Positions 37,939 to 46,669 of a stretch of DNA of 64,000 nt are shown in pieces. Under the pieces are notes generated by a model. The model saw only the letters and a program-made list of their open reading frames with translations. It searched no databases and had not been told where the DNA came from. The DNA is from Elusimicrobiota bacterium. GTDB lineage: Bacteria > Elusimicrobiota > Elusimicrobia > UBA1565. The number at the start of each line of letters is the position of its first letter. The first letter of the stretch is position 1. A program made the translations under genes and the position numbers. The stretch is taken from the NCBI GenBank assembly GCA_043827405.1, contig JBDRPD010000050.1, positions 128,001 through 192,000 on the forward strand, in the 5' to 3' direction.

Positions 37939-38398
37939 GTGACACCTCGGGAAAGTGCGACGATAGCCCACTATAGCAGACACGCAAGCTTGTGGCCAAA
38001 TGGCGGCCAAACCATGTCACAAAGCAGGGAAAACGCGGGAACTGGCGGGAGAGAGCGGGGTCGTGGTCTACACGGATTCCCCGTCGGAGAGCACTCCCCC
38101 GCGACGGAAAATACGGACACGCATGGAACCGTCTGGCCGGATTATAAGGGAGGCGGTCTGCCTCTGAGCCGGATGCCCGTCGCACCTGCAATCTTACGCT
38201 TTTCATGGCGGGATGAGAGTCCAAATGGCCTCGGTGCCACCCCTGATGCGATCGACACCAACTCACGCCTTGTTTTGTTTTGATTTGCGCACTATACTTC
38301 TCCCGAGATTGACACTCCGACATCGAAATGTTAGAAAGCAATTACTTCCAACGGGATGGGGATTCTTTAGGCTGTCGATCCCCACGAAGGATATTATT

Positions 38399-39115
38399 AT
38401 GAAGTTTGAAGACCTTGAGATTGCAGTCCTAAAAGGTGGTATTTTTCTTCCAATTCATCGCCTCCAAAAACAGTACCTCGCCCTCAAGAAAGCTGATGTC
38501 TTGGATACCATTGCAGAGAGCATTAAGGAGGAGCCATTCGGGCCTTTCTCCTTTACACCTTTGATAGTTGAGGACGACGGCGAAGAACAGGTCCAAATCA
38601 AGGCCACCGGAGAGTTGGACATTCAGTTCACGCTCCATTCGGCGGGAATTTCTTTTTCGGCCCAACGTATTTCTTGGTCAGAGAAAGAAAAATTTCTCCC
38701 AACAATTCCCGTTGCTTACTCAAATTTGAAGGAGAGCCTTTCAGCAGGTGTCTGGACCCGAATGGGCCTTGAACTCGTCTGCCTCCTGCCCAAATCAAAA
38801 ACCAACGCTTTGAAGGTCCTGGAAGACAAGATCTCCCCGATTTCACGAAAAGAACCGCGCGGACTTATCACTCCCCAAGCGAAGTTTCTCGATATTGATT
38901 TGAAGTTTCTGGTCAAGGATGGTGACTACACGAGTAAGCTTCGAGTCACCACTTACGAAATCGATGACACATCTCGCATTGTCGTCATTATGGATGTTCA
39001 GGCTGAGCCATCGAAAAATCCCCAAGAAACTGATCTAGGCTCTGTCCAGAAGCAGATTTGGGGCAAAATTCAGTCAACATTGACGGAGTTCGCTCCGCCG
39101 CTTTGCGTGGATTAA
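38399..39115 (+). CDS. Hypothetical protein (possibly TIGR04255-like)
   Basis: AT-rich ORF; W..F..TRMGL pattern. Confidence 0.55.
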   Translation: MKFEDLEIAVLKGGIFLPIHRLQKQYLALKKADVLDTIAESIKEEPFGPFSFTPLIVEDDGEEQVQIKATGELDIQFTLHSAGISFSAQRISWSEKEKFLPTIPVAYSNLKESLSAGVWTRMGLELVCLLPKSKTNALKVLEDKISPISRKEPRGLITPQAKFLDIDLKFLVKDGDYTSKLRVTTYEIDDTSRIVVIMDVQAEPSKNPQETDLGSVQKQIWGKIQSTLTEFAPPLCVD

Positions 39116-39128
39116 GGCGAGGAAGCCC

Positions 39129-39656
39129 ATGGACGCCGATGACCTTATCGATGAAATTAGAGGGAAAAAATCCGGAGAAGGCCAGGCACTCGCCAAGATG
39201 CAGGCAGACATTTCCGGCACTGACTACCTTGCCCTCTATCAATCCATCTTCTCACAATCAATCAAGGAAGACCTTTGGCGTCCCTATGGGATTGGCCCAA
39301 GTGCATCATACGGTCTTCACAAATTGTTTTCCACCGGTTTTTTGAAGCCACCTCAGCGCTCACGACCTTCAACGCGACACGAGATTATCAGAGAACTTTT
39401 TTTCCTCCGACTCGCCATGAATCGCCAAACCAAACTGCTTTCTCAACTGGGCCCGACGATGGGGCGCGCAGATTTCCTTTTTTCGGCTCTGATGATTGCT
39501 GTGGCCACAGTGTTCTTCGTAATGGGCCTCGTCCAAGCGGCTTACCAACTCCAAGTAATCGGCATTACCATCTACTTGGTAACCGCATACCACCTGATCC
39601 GCCTTATTTTCCGGGAACGCTCTGGAAACTGCTTCGATGGATTGGGAAACGATTAA
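39129..39656 (+). CDS. Hypothetical protein with two C-terminal TM helices
   Basis: GAGG RBS; hydrophobic C-terminus. Confidence 0.55.
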   Translation: MDADDLIDEIRGKKSGEGQALAKMQADISGTDYLALYQSIFSQSIKEDLWRPYGIGPSASYGLHKLFSTGFLKPPQRSRPSTRHEIIRELFFLRLAMNRQTKLLSQLGPTMGRADFLFSALMIAVATVFFVMGLVQAAYQLQVIGITIYLVTAYHLIRLIFRERSGNCFDGLGND

Positions 39657-39882
39657 AGGCTTTCTTGCCGAATCCCCCAAAATCGGGGGGCTTGCTGTTG
39701 TTATGTGGTATGCAAATGATTATTGGAAGAATTACCTGCCAGTCCATCCAAATTCTAAGCTCTCCAACCCGGTTGTTTTTCTTGGGCTTCTTATCCTTGT
39801 AGCAGTCGGCTTTCTTGTTTGGGCCAAGAAGCAACGCCAAGACGCTGAACGAGACCGTCGTATTGATGGGCTCCGCCCGTAG
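39637..39882 (+). CDS. Small membrane protein
   Basis: Overlaps previous ORF; TM segment then basic tail. Confidence 0.5.
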   Translation: MDWETIKGFLAESPKIGGLAVVMWYANDYWKNYLPVHPNSKLSNPVVFLGLLILVAVGFLVWAKKQRQDAERDRRIDGLRP

Positions 39883-40193
39883 CCCATTTCTTCGCAATTT
39901 GAACCAGTCCATCTTGTTGATTCCCCGGCGGTTTCGGTTCGCGGGATCGCCGATCTCATGAGATTCGTCAAGGTCCATTTTGGGCGAAAGTGCCCCGGTG
40001 ATGTGCGTGGTTAGTCGGGTCACCCCCATCAGAAACCTTAACGCCATGGATGATCGACTCGTGGGGAGCGCGGTCCTCGGTCCCAGCCCAGAGTGTCCTG
40101 TTCAGTGTCCTGTTTCGGTCAAAACAGGGTCTACGGCTGGCAACGATCGGCAAGAGGGGGGAAAGGGCTCCGTCGGGAAACGCAATAAACCGA

Positions 40194-40266
40194 AAGTGTG
40201 GGCGGAAATCGAACCCGCTCGACGGGTTTTGCAGACTCGCCCCTTAAACCACTGGGGTATCGCACC
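40194..40266 (-). pseudogene. Degenerate tRNA-Cys(GCA)
   Basis: Cloverleaf with CTGCAAA loop, GGTTCGATT T arm, U discriminator; mismatches in acceptor and anticodon stems, no CCA. Confidence 0.75.
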
Positions 40267-40317
40267 AATAAGTTATTGTCATTGCCTTTTTGGGCCATCG
40301 GCGGCAACGGCTCGGCA

Positions 40318-40452
40318 TCACTTGGATGTTCGCCTTCTTCGTCTCGGCACCTTTCGACGCGCCAGCTTATTCTTGGCCGCCGGAACCCGGGGGCTTCCGT
40401 TCGACCTGCTCAGGACTTCCAATCTCTCCTTTGCCCCGCACTTCCCGAGCTT
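40318..40452 (-). pseudogene. 3' fragment of the coiled-coil HTH paralog (copy 3)
   Basis: KLGKCGAKERLEVLSRSNG..PAAKNKLARRKV matches C-terminus of 26684-27214. Confidence 0.8.
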
Positions 40453-41095
40453 ACCTATTCGTACACAGAAAAATTCCAGCGTTGGCCAACTCGAACAACA
40501 GCACCTCAAACCTGCACCCCGGCGGACTGATTCGGGTCTGCGACCTTAAGAATCCTGTTGGCGTACTTTCCCGAGGAGAGAGGGGCGTGCTCCCAATCAC
40601 ATCACGATCGAACTTCCTTCTCGAATACCTGCTCTTATGCGCGAGGGCATTTCTGATGATCGCCGATTTGTGAAGTATCGATTTGGACTCATCGGGCAAA
40701 GACGTGAACGGGCGCCCCCCTGTGAAGAAAATCTTTGCCCTGCTTGCGGTGCGATCATACGGGAGCCAGTCTAAATAATTCTTCCCCGCATATACGAACT
40801 CGCGTGCGACCGCATAAGACCTAAACTCAGTCCTCGGGCTGGCTTCCGGGTGGCCGAGTCCCCCGACAAGCAGGCCGAAGAACAAATCTTCGAGGAACGC
40901 CTCGAACATGGCAACCGAGGTGACAAACAAGCCTGCATATAACGCTTCAACATCTCGAACTCCGATTTGCCGCTGGGCCAGAAGTGCCTCGACCTTTAGC
41001 CGCGTCTTATCCAGCGAGCCCAGACGGCCAAAGAGGACCTTCCCGAGGTCTAATGCGTGCTTAGGCAAGCCCGCACTCTTTTTTGAGGTAGCCAA
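40451..41095 (-). CDS. HEPN domain protein
   Basis: FEAFLEDLF, IRNALAH (Rx4H). Confidence 0.8.
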   Translation of the reverse strand: MATSKKSAGLPKHALDLGKVLFGRLGSLDKTRLKVEALLAQRQIGVRDVEALYAGLFVTSVAMFEAFLEDLFFGLLVGGLGHPEASPRTEFRSYAVAREFVYAGKNYLDWLPYDRTASRAKIFFTGGRPFTSLPDESKSILHKSAIIRNALAHKSRYSRRKFDRDVIGSTPLSPRESTPTGFLRSQTRISPPGCRFEVLLFELANAGIFLCTNR

Positions 41096-42134
41096 GCTGA
41101 ATCTTCCGAGAGCTAATATGGGTGGTTCGTCTTGCGACGGCTTCCAAGACTTTCTCGCTCGCCGTTTGCTTGTCTAACTTATCGCCCGCCGCCTTTATCT
41201 TCGTGAACAGCGCCTTCTTAACTGGCCGCTCCTTCTTCCGCTTAAGCGATGATCCCAAGCCAAAGGCAACATCATAAATCAGCGCGAACAGAGGGTAGAC
41301 CAGCGCCTTCTTTCTGAAGGGAAGAACCCGCATTTCTTCCCCAAACCCGTCATCAATATGTTGCATGACGATTTGGAACCGTCGGACCACTTCCTTCCGA
41401 TCAGCAAATTTTTCTTCGAAATCATCGTAGAGCTTATTGAGCTTGCCCTGAGTCTTTCCCACAACCCCTTTTAGCATTAGCTGGGCGAACTCGCTCGCAA
41501 GCTCAACCTCATGCATCCTGGCGATGTCGTTCTCTGAAAATACATGCCAATTCCTCCACTGGGGCAAGAACTGGTACGCGAGGTCATACATACAGGTCTT
41601 GAAGGAGCCGAACCACCCCGCATTCCTCAACTCCTGCTTATTGAGCTTCACACCTGTCGCATTCATGCGAGCAAAAATTGCCAAAACTTCACGGTCATCA
41701 ACATGAGCGGGCAGAACGTGCACGCTAAACTGGTAGTCCAATAGTGCCGATCTCACATCATCAGAGAGTTCTTTGAATGACCGCTTGGCCAACTCCGCAT
41801 TGTGGTTCTTCTTGACGACAAAGGTATCCCGTTCTTTTTTAAAATCTGGCAAGGATTTCGGCGAGATAAATGAAATTAGCGTTCGGAGTCTCTGCTGTCC
41901 ATCTACTACTTCCCGCCGAGGCTCCAGCGTCCTAGGATCGCTCTTTCTCTCGCGCAGGAAAATGATGGGGATGGGCAATCCTCGGGCAACGGTATCAATG
42001 AGGTATGACTTGGCGGCAGGTGGCCAAATGGGCCGCCGCTGGAAACTTGGACTAAGCTCCAGCGACCCCGCCTTCTGCCATGAAATAAAATCGCTAACCC
42101 GATATAGGGTTCTTGTCATTGATATTGTTCCCAT
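41061..42134 (-). CDS. DUF262 (ParB/Srx-like, GmrS-type) protein
   Basis: PSFQRRPIW, VVDGQQRL, IFARMN. Confidence 0.9.
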   Translation of the reverse strand: MGTISMTRTLYRVSDFISWQKAGSLELSPSFQRRPIWPPAAKSYLIDTVARGLPIPIIFLRERKSDPRTLEPRREVVDGQQRLRTLISFISPKSLPDFKKERDTFVVKKNHNAELAKRSFKELSDDVRSALLDYQFSVHVLPAHVDDREVLAIFARMNATGVKLNKQELRNAGWFGSFKTCMYDLAYQFLPQWRNWHVFSENDIARMHEVELASEFAQLMLKGVVGKTQGKLNKLYDDFEEKFADRKEVVRRFQIVMQHIDDGFGEEMRVLPFRKKALVYPLFALIYDVAFGLGSSLKRKKERPVKKALFTKIKAAGDKLDKQTASEKVLEAVARRTTHISSRKIQLGYLKKECGLA

Positions 42135-42369
42135 AACTGCCTCCTGGTCTTCCTATCCTTTGATGTTACTAAAGAGCCCTATGCCCCCACAAAATAACGT
42201 CGGACGCAGGCCCTCCGATGATCCTATTTCGGAAAAGCTGTCCGCAACTCCCAGACAAGATTGCGCCCTTACTGCGACAGGTTGCCCCACGGGGTTGGAT
42301 TGTTCGTGTTGGAGGAGACGAGAACGCGGCGCCGGGCCGGAGGCGGGCACGACCTAGCGCGAACTCTGA

Positions 42370-43296
42370 TTAAGGCTCGGGACCAGAGCCCTCCTGCTTC
42401 TCTTGAAATTGGATGTTATATTTCTGAGTTGAAGCAGGAAGCCTCCCGTCTTTGATCAGCGTAGTGGCCTCAAAGAGAACGTCCTTCAGAGCCTCGTCCG
42501 CAGGGACGACATGCTTCTCGATCTTGAATGAATTGTCTGGAATACCCATCACAAAAATCCAGGGCCCAAAAAACAGATTTATGAGATAAGGGGGATGCTG
42601 TGAATCATCGCGCTCCCGCTCAAAGAGGATCAAAGTCGTTTTCGAAAATCCGCTCCCCGCATAAAATCCTCTAAGGAACGTGACAGGGAATGGGCTTGCC
42701 CTGCCTGCGATCCAGTCGTTGATGTGCTGAAATTCTTTCAGGCGATCAGCGGGCATCAAGAACCACGCCATGCGGGCGAAAGCCTTGGCAACACGGTAGA
42801 GAGAAAAGGGCCCTCGCGTGATAGAAAGCTCAAGCTGACTTTCACCGACCTCCCTAAGGGAGACAGACTCATCATTGGGGTCAAGGCTTACCTCAACCTG
42901 GCTGGAGTCAGCCCCACTTTTCACGAACGACTTCCCGTCAGGTTTCTTATGCTTAACGTAGCTCTTTTTGCCCGTCCGAATTCTTCCGACCGCCCTCTCC
43001 AGCGTCAGGTAGATCGCAAGTTCATTTTCCAGCGCAGAAGCCTTCTGATTGCACTCGTCACATTCCTCTAGGGAAACATGGGCCCTGTTCCCAAGGGCCT
43101 GGGGAATTATATGCGCCTCCTTCTTGAACGTAACGTCCGGCTCTCCCTTACCACAAAAGCGGCACTGACGAGGTGTCCTCCTCCCATGTGGGACGTTCTT
43201 CACGTTCTCATCAAGAACCGAGAAGGAAATGCCATCTATCGACTTATACACTGCGCCTCCCCATGTGGTGCAACGAATCCCGGCCCGGCGCACCAA
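42370..43296 (-). CDS. HNH endonuclease domain protein
   Basis: CRFC..AHIIPQALG..ECDECN; start uncertain. Confidence 0.8.
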   Translation of the reverse strand: MVRRAGIRCTTWGGAVYKSIDGISFSVLDENVKNVPHGRRTPRQCRFCGKGEPDVTFKKEAHIIPQALGNRAHVSLEECDECNQKASALENELAIYLTLERAVGRIRTGKKSYVKHKKPDGKSFVKSGADSSQVEVSLDPNDESVSLREVGESQLELSITRGPFSLYRVAKAFARMAWFLMPADRLKEFQHINDWIAGRASPFPVTFLRGFYAGSGFSKTTLILFERERDDSQHPPYLINLFFGPWIFVMGIPDNSFKIEKHVVPADEALKDVLFEATTLIKDGRLPASTQKYNIQFQEKQEGSGPEP

Positions 43297-43423
43297 TCCC
43301 CGACGGGAGCTTGGTGCAATATTGGTGCAACGAGCGGGTCAAAAAAGTGCAAAAAGGATCAAAATGGGACAAAGTCCCGCCCTGGTCCCTTTTGCATTTC
43401 TCGTCGGAAAAACCGACTTAAAG

Positions 43424-43498
43424 TGGTGGGCAGTACAGGTTTCGAACCTGTGACCTTTCGCGTGTGAGGCGAACGCTCTACCGCTGAGCTAACTGCCC
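43424..43498 (-). tRNA. tRNA-Val(CAC)
   Basis: GGGCAGTTAGCTCAGCGGTAGAGCGTTCGCCTCACACGCGAAAGGTCACAGGTTCGAAACCTGTACTGCCCACCA; full cloverleaf with CCA. Confidence 0.97.
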
Positions 43499-43548
43499 TT
43501 ATGTAGCAATTATATAACTTTCTTCCCTCTGCCTAAATCCCGAAACCC

Positions 43549-43715
43549 GGAACGTATCCAATTCGCATCCACTTAGAGACCCGATCAGACAAGCTCCAGC
43601 AAACTCGCCAGAGGAAAAAATCAGATTTGCCGACGAGGAGCGATAACAAGCAATAACCAACAAAGTCAAAAATTCGAATTTTAAGCGAGTGCTCTACCAC
43701 TCAGCTAATTGTCCC
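43549..43715 (-). repeat. att relic: ~130-bp arm plus degenerate tRNA 5' half
   Basis: Imperfect copy of 46670-46837; 43681-43715 reverse reads GGGACAATTAGCTGAGTGGTAGAGCACTCGCTTAA. Confidence 0.75.
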
Positions 43716-43718
43716 TGT

Positions 43719-44735
43719 TCACTCGGAGGCGGACATCAGGTCGCCGTCTTCGGCGGCGGCCCGGTGCTGATTCTTGCCGTTATGGGTGACGCGCGAGAAC
43801 TCCATGGGAATAGCGTCGCTCTTCTCCCACCCGCCACCGACGGGATAAGCGTCCGTGACGTGCATATGCAGGTGGGGCTCGGTGCTGTGGCCGGAGTTGC
43901 CGACCCGGCCGATCGACTGCTTGGCGCGAACGCGACCGCCCTTCGCGACGCCCAGCGTCCCGGGCTTGATGTGAGCGAACAGGATGAACGCGTCATCCGC
44001 GATCTTCACCACGGCATAGTTCCCGAGATATCCGTCGAAGGTCTTTCTCGGGATATTGTCGGGCTCGCCGTCGTGAGCATCGACGACCACGCCGTCGGAG
44101 GGACAGCGGATCTCCTGGTCGTAGGCGAAAAAAGATCGATTGTCGGAGACATCGCCGTTATAGGTCTCACTGCCACGGACGATCACAAAATCCATCGCAT
44201 AGCGCTGCGCGCGTGATGATCGATGATGTGTTCCGCCCAAGAACCATTCGCCGGTCGCCGGAGTGAACGGGAAGTAGAACGGGTCCGCAAGAACGCGACT
44301 GGAATGAGGCGACGGAAAGGGGGACGCGCCCGGTCCGCTCTGTGCCTGCCCCTGCCCCGCGATGCGCCCGGAAGGCGTGAACCAGATTTCCAAGGCGAGA
44401 TTGCCGACGGCCGTCTTCAATTCAAACCAATAGAGACCGGCCTTGCCCGGCATGACGGTCGCGGAATCCCGAACGAGTTCAAACGGGACGACCGCCGCAA
44501 CGGCGTTTTTGAACGCACTGCTCGAGATCTGGGCTTGAAACTTCTTCGTCAGCGTCCCGTACATCGCGTCGTACCGGCCTGCCTTCCAGTAAGCTAAATA
44601 GTCCGCCGCGCGCCGCCGGAGCAGTTCCTCGTCCACCGGCGCATTTACAGCCACCGCGCCCGAACCGACAGCCAGCGCGGCGGATGCGGACAAGGAGGCG
44701 AGGGTCAGGCTAAGGAGAATCAGAGTAAATCGCAT
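43719..44735 (-). CDS. M23 family peptidase, exported
   Basis: GNYAVV..AHI..GNSGHSTEPHLH; signal peptide. Confidence 0.9.
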   Translation of the reverse strand: MRFTLILLSLTLASLSASAALAVGSGAVAVNAPVDEELLRRRAADYLAYWKAGRYDAMYGTLTKKFQAQISSSAFKNAVAAVVPFELVRDSATVMPGKAGLYWFELKTAVGNLALEIWFTPSGRIAGQGQAQSGPGASPFPSPHSSRVLADPFYFPFTPATGEWFLGGTHHRSSRAQRYAMDFVIVRGSETYNGDVSDNRSFFAYDQEIRCPSDGVVVDAHDGEPDNIPRKTFDGYLGNYAVVKIADDAFILFAHIKPGTLGVAKGGRVRAKQSIGRVGNSGHSTEPHLHMHVTDAYPVGGGWEKSDAIPMEFSRVTHNGKNQHRAAAEDGDLMSASE

Positions 44736-44971
44736 CGGTAGAGATATATTTTAGCACGGATCCTCAGGTCCTCCGCCTTCAAACTCTCTCCGATGGCGTG
44801 GCTCAGCGTCGTCTCTACCAGTGCCCGGGTCCCGTGCCCGAAAGCGCTTCACCGCCCCTCATTAACCTTCCGCTAGATTTCTCCCAGCTTGGCGAGAATA
44901 AAGAGAATCAGCACACGAATAGAAATCAAATAATACATGTAAAATAAATTACTATTTAGTATAATAGCTGC

Positions 44972-45009
44972 TTGATATATGTCACAGATAACTATATAAT
45001 AGTGTGACA
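44972..45009 (+). promoter_or_regulatory. abiE promoter with inverted-repeat operator
   Basis: TTGATA-17 bp-TATAAT; TGTCACA...TGTGACA at 44980-45009. Confidence 0.7.
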
Positions 45010-45010
45010 G

Positions 45011-45631
45011 ATGGGCGTGAAGCGAAAAAGCCTCCAAGAAAAGATCCTCGCAAAAGTCGTTCGTCGCGGCCGCGGGACCGTTTTCTTTGGTGAAGAATTT
45101 CTAGACATGGGACGGGCCGACGCCGTGCGCCAGGCGCTATCCCGCCTTGCCCGCGCGGGGACTATCCGAAGGATCACGACCGCGCTTTACCACTACCCGG
45201 AATTCAACGATAAACTCGGGGGCGAATTGCCGCCCTCGGCCGACACGGTGGCACAAGCCATCGCCCGCCGCACGGACAGCAGAATCGTAGCTTCCGGCGC
45301 CTTAGCGGCGAATCTCCTCGGGCTTTCCACCCAAGTCCCCGCAAAGCGGGTCTATCTGACGAACGGCCCATCGAGGGATGTCTCCATCGGTTCCAATATT
45401 CTGAGCTTCCGTCATGCATCGCCGCGCCGAATGGCCGCCAATGGCAAGATCAGCGCCATAGTATTCGAGGCGTTTCGGTATCTTAAAAAAGAAAACGTAA
45501 CCAATAACGTGGTAACACGGCTGCGGCGCATCCTTCCGCCTGCAGCCAAGGCCGAACTGCACCGCGATCTTCCACACGCGGCGGTCTGGATGCGTCCTTT
45601 GATAGAGCGCATTACAGGAGACGAAATCTAA
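45011..45631 (+). CDS. abiEi: AbiEi-type antitoxin (DUF6088-like)
   Basis: AVRQALSRL..ANLLGLSTQVP..YLTNG. Confidence 0.85.
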   Translation: MGVKRKSLQEKILAKVVRRGRGTVFFGEEFLDMGRADAVRQALSRLARAGTIRRITTALYHYPEFNDKLGGELPPSADTVAQAIARRTDSRIVASGALAANLLGLSTQVPAKRVYLTNGPSRDVSIGSNILSFRHASPRRMAANGKISAIVFEAFRYLKKENVTNNVVTRLRRILPPAAKAELHRDLPHAAVWMRPLIERITGDEI

Positions 45632-45635
45632 GCGC

Positions 45636-46661
45636 ATGGATTCCGTCGCGAAGACGTCGGCACGGGAACGCGCTCAGCTATTCAAAGCTGCGGAAGCCAA
45701 GCACACACTTAAAATCGCGGCGCCGATCATCGAAAAGGACTTTTGGGTCTGTTGGAGCTTGCGCCGAATGTTCGAGGTTCTGCAATTCCGCCCTCAGTTG
45801 ATCTTCAAAGGCGGCACGTCGCTTTCCAAGGTTTTCAATATCATCGAACGTTTTTCAGAGGATGTGGACCTGTCCTTGAGCCGGCGCGACTTAGGGTTTG
45901 CTGACGACCGGGACCCGGAACAGACCGGCATCAGCAAAAATGAAGGGCGGCGCCGACTCGACGCCCTGGTGGAACAGTGCCGGCAGACCGTACGCGAGCG
46001 CCTGCTGCCGGAACTGCTCCGAGACTTTGCCGCAGTGCTCGGCGACTCCGGCTGGTCGGTCGAGTTGGACGCCGACGACCCGCAGACTTTGATCTTCTCG
46101 TACCCGACAAGCGATCTTTCCGCCGCGTTGCCGTACATCAAGCCGGCCATCCGTCTGGAAATGGGCGCTCGTTCCGACGATTGGCCGGCGATCGACGCCG
46201 AGATAAAACCCTACGCCGCCGAGAATTTTTCGGAGATGTTCGCGCTGCCGACGTGCCGGGTACGAACGCTGAGCGCGGAGCGCACCTTCTGGGAAAAAGC
46301 GACGCTGCTCCACGCGGAGTATCATCGTCCGGAAGACAAGCAATCGCGGGAACGACTCTCAAGACACTACCACGATCTATACTGCCTTTCCCGTAACGAG
46401 CTTGGCCGCAAGGCGCTTGAAGACGGCAGCCTACTGGAGCGGGTCGTCCAACACAAACGCTTCTTCTTTGCCAGCGCCTGGGCTAATTATGACACCGCAA
46501 AGCCGGGGACCTTCCACCTTCTCCCTACTGCGGCGCGAATGGACGCGCTGCGCAGAGACTACGACGCAATGCAACCGATGCTCTTCGGGCAATCGCCCAA
46601 GTGGGATGAGATCATCCGCGAGTTGAAGCAACTCGAAGTCTTAATTAACCGCCGCTCATAA
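45636..46661 (+). CDS. abiEii: AbiEii nucleotidyltransferase toxin
   Basis: EKDFW, FKGGTSLSK, RFSEDVD, RTFWEK, RHYHD. Confidence 0.92.
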   Translation: MDSVAKTSARERAQLFKAAEAKHTLKIAAPIIEKDFWVCWSLRRMFEVLQFRPQLIFKGGTSLSKVFNIIERFSEDVDLSLSRRDLGFADDRDPEQTGISKNEGRRRLDALVEQCRQTVRERLLPELLRDFAAVLGDSGWSVELDADDPQTLIFSYPTSDLSAALPYIKPAIRLEMGARSDDWPAIDAEIKPYAAENFSEMFALPTCRVRTLSAERTFWEKATLLHAEYHRPEDKQSRERLSRHYHDLYCLSRNELGRKALEDGSLLERVVQHKRFFFASAWANYDTAKPGTFHLLPTAARMDALRRDYDAMQPMLFGQSPKWDEIIRELKQLEVLINRRS

Positions 46662-46669
46662 CCGATTGG

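Larger units (their letters stand above)
4874..43471. mobile_element. tRNA-Val-integrated element (~38.6 kb), defence-rich genomic island
   Basis: 48-bp terminal direct repeats, adjacent integrase, matching arm repeats inside both ends, visibly lower GC than flanks. Confidence 0.95.

Noticed and set aside
4874..43471. Complete prophage or ICE
   Set aside because: No recognisable large terminase, portal, capsid, tail, VirB4 or relaxase
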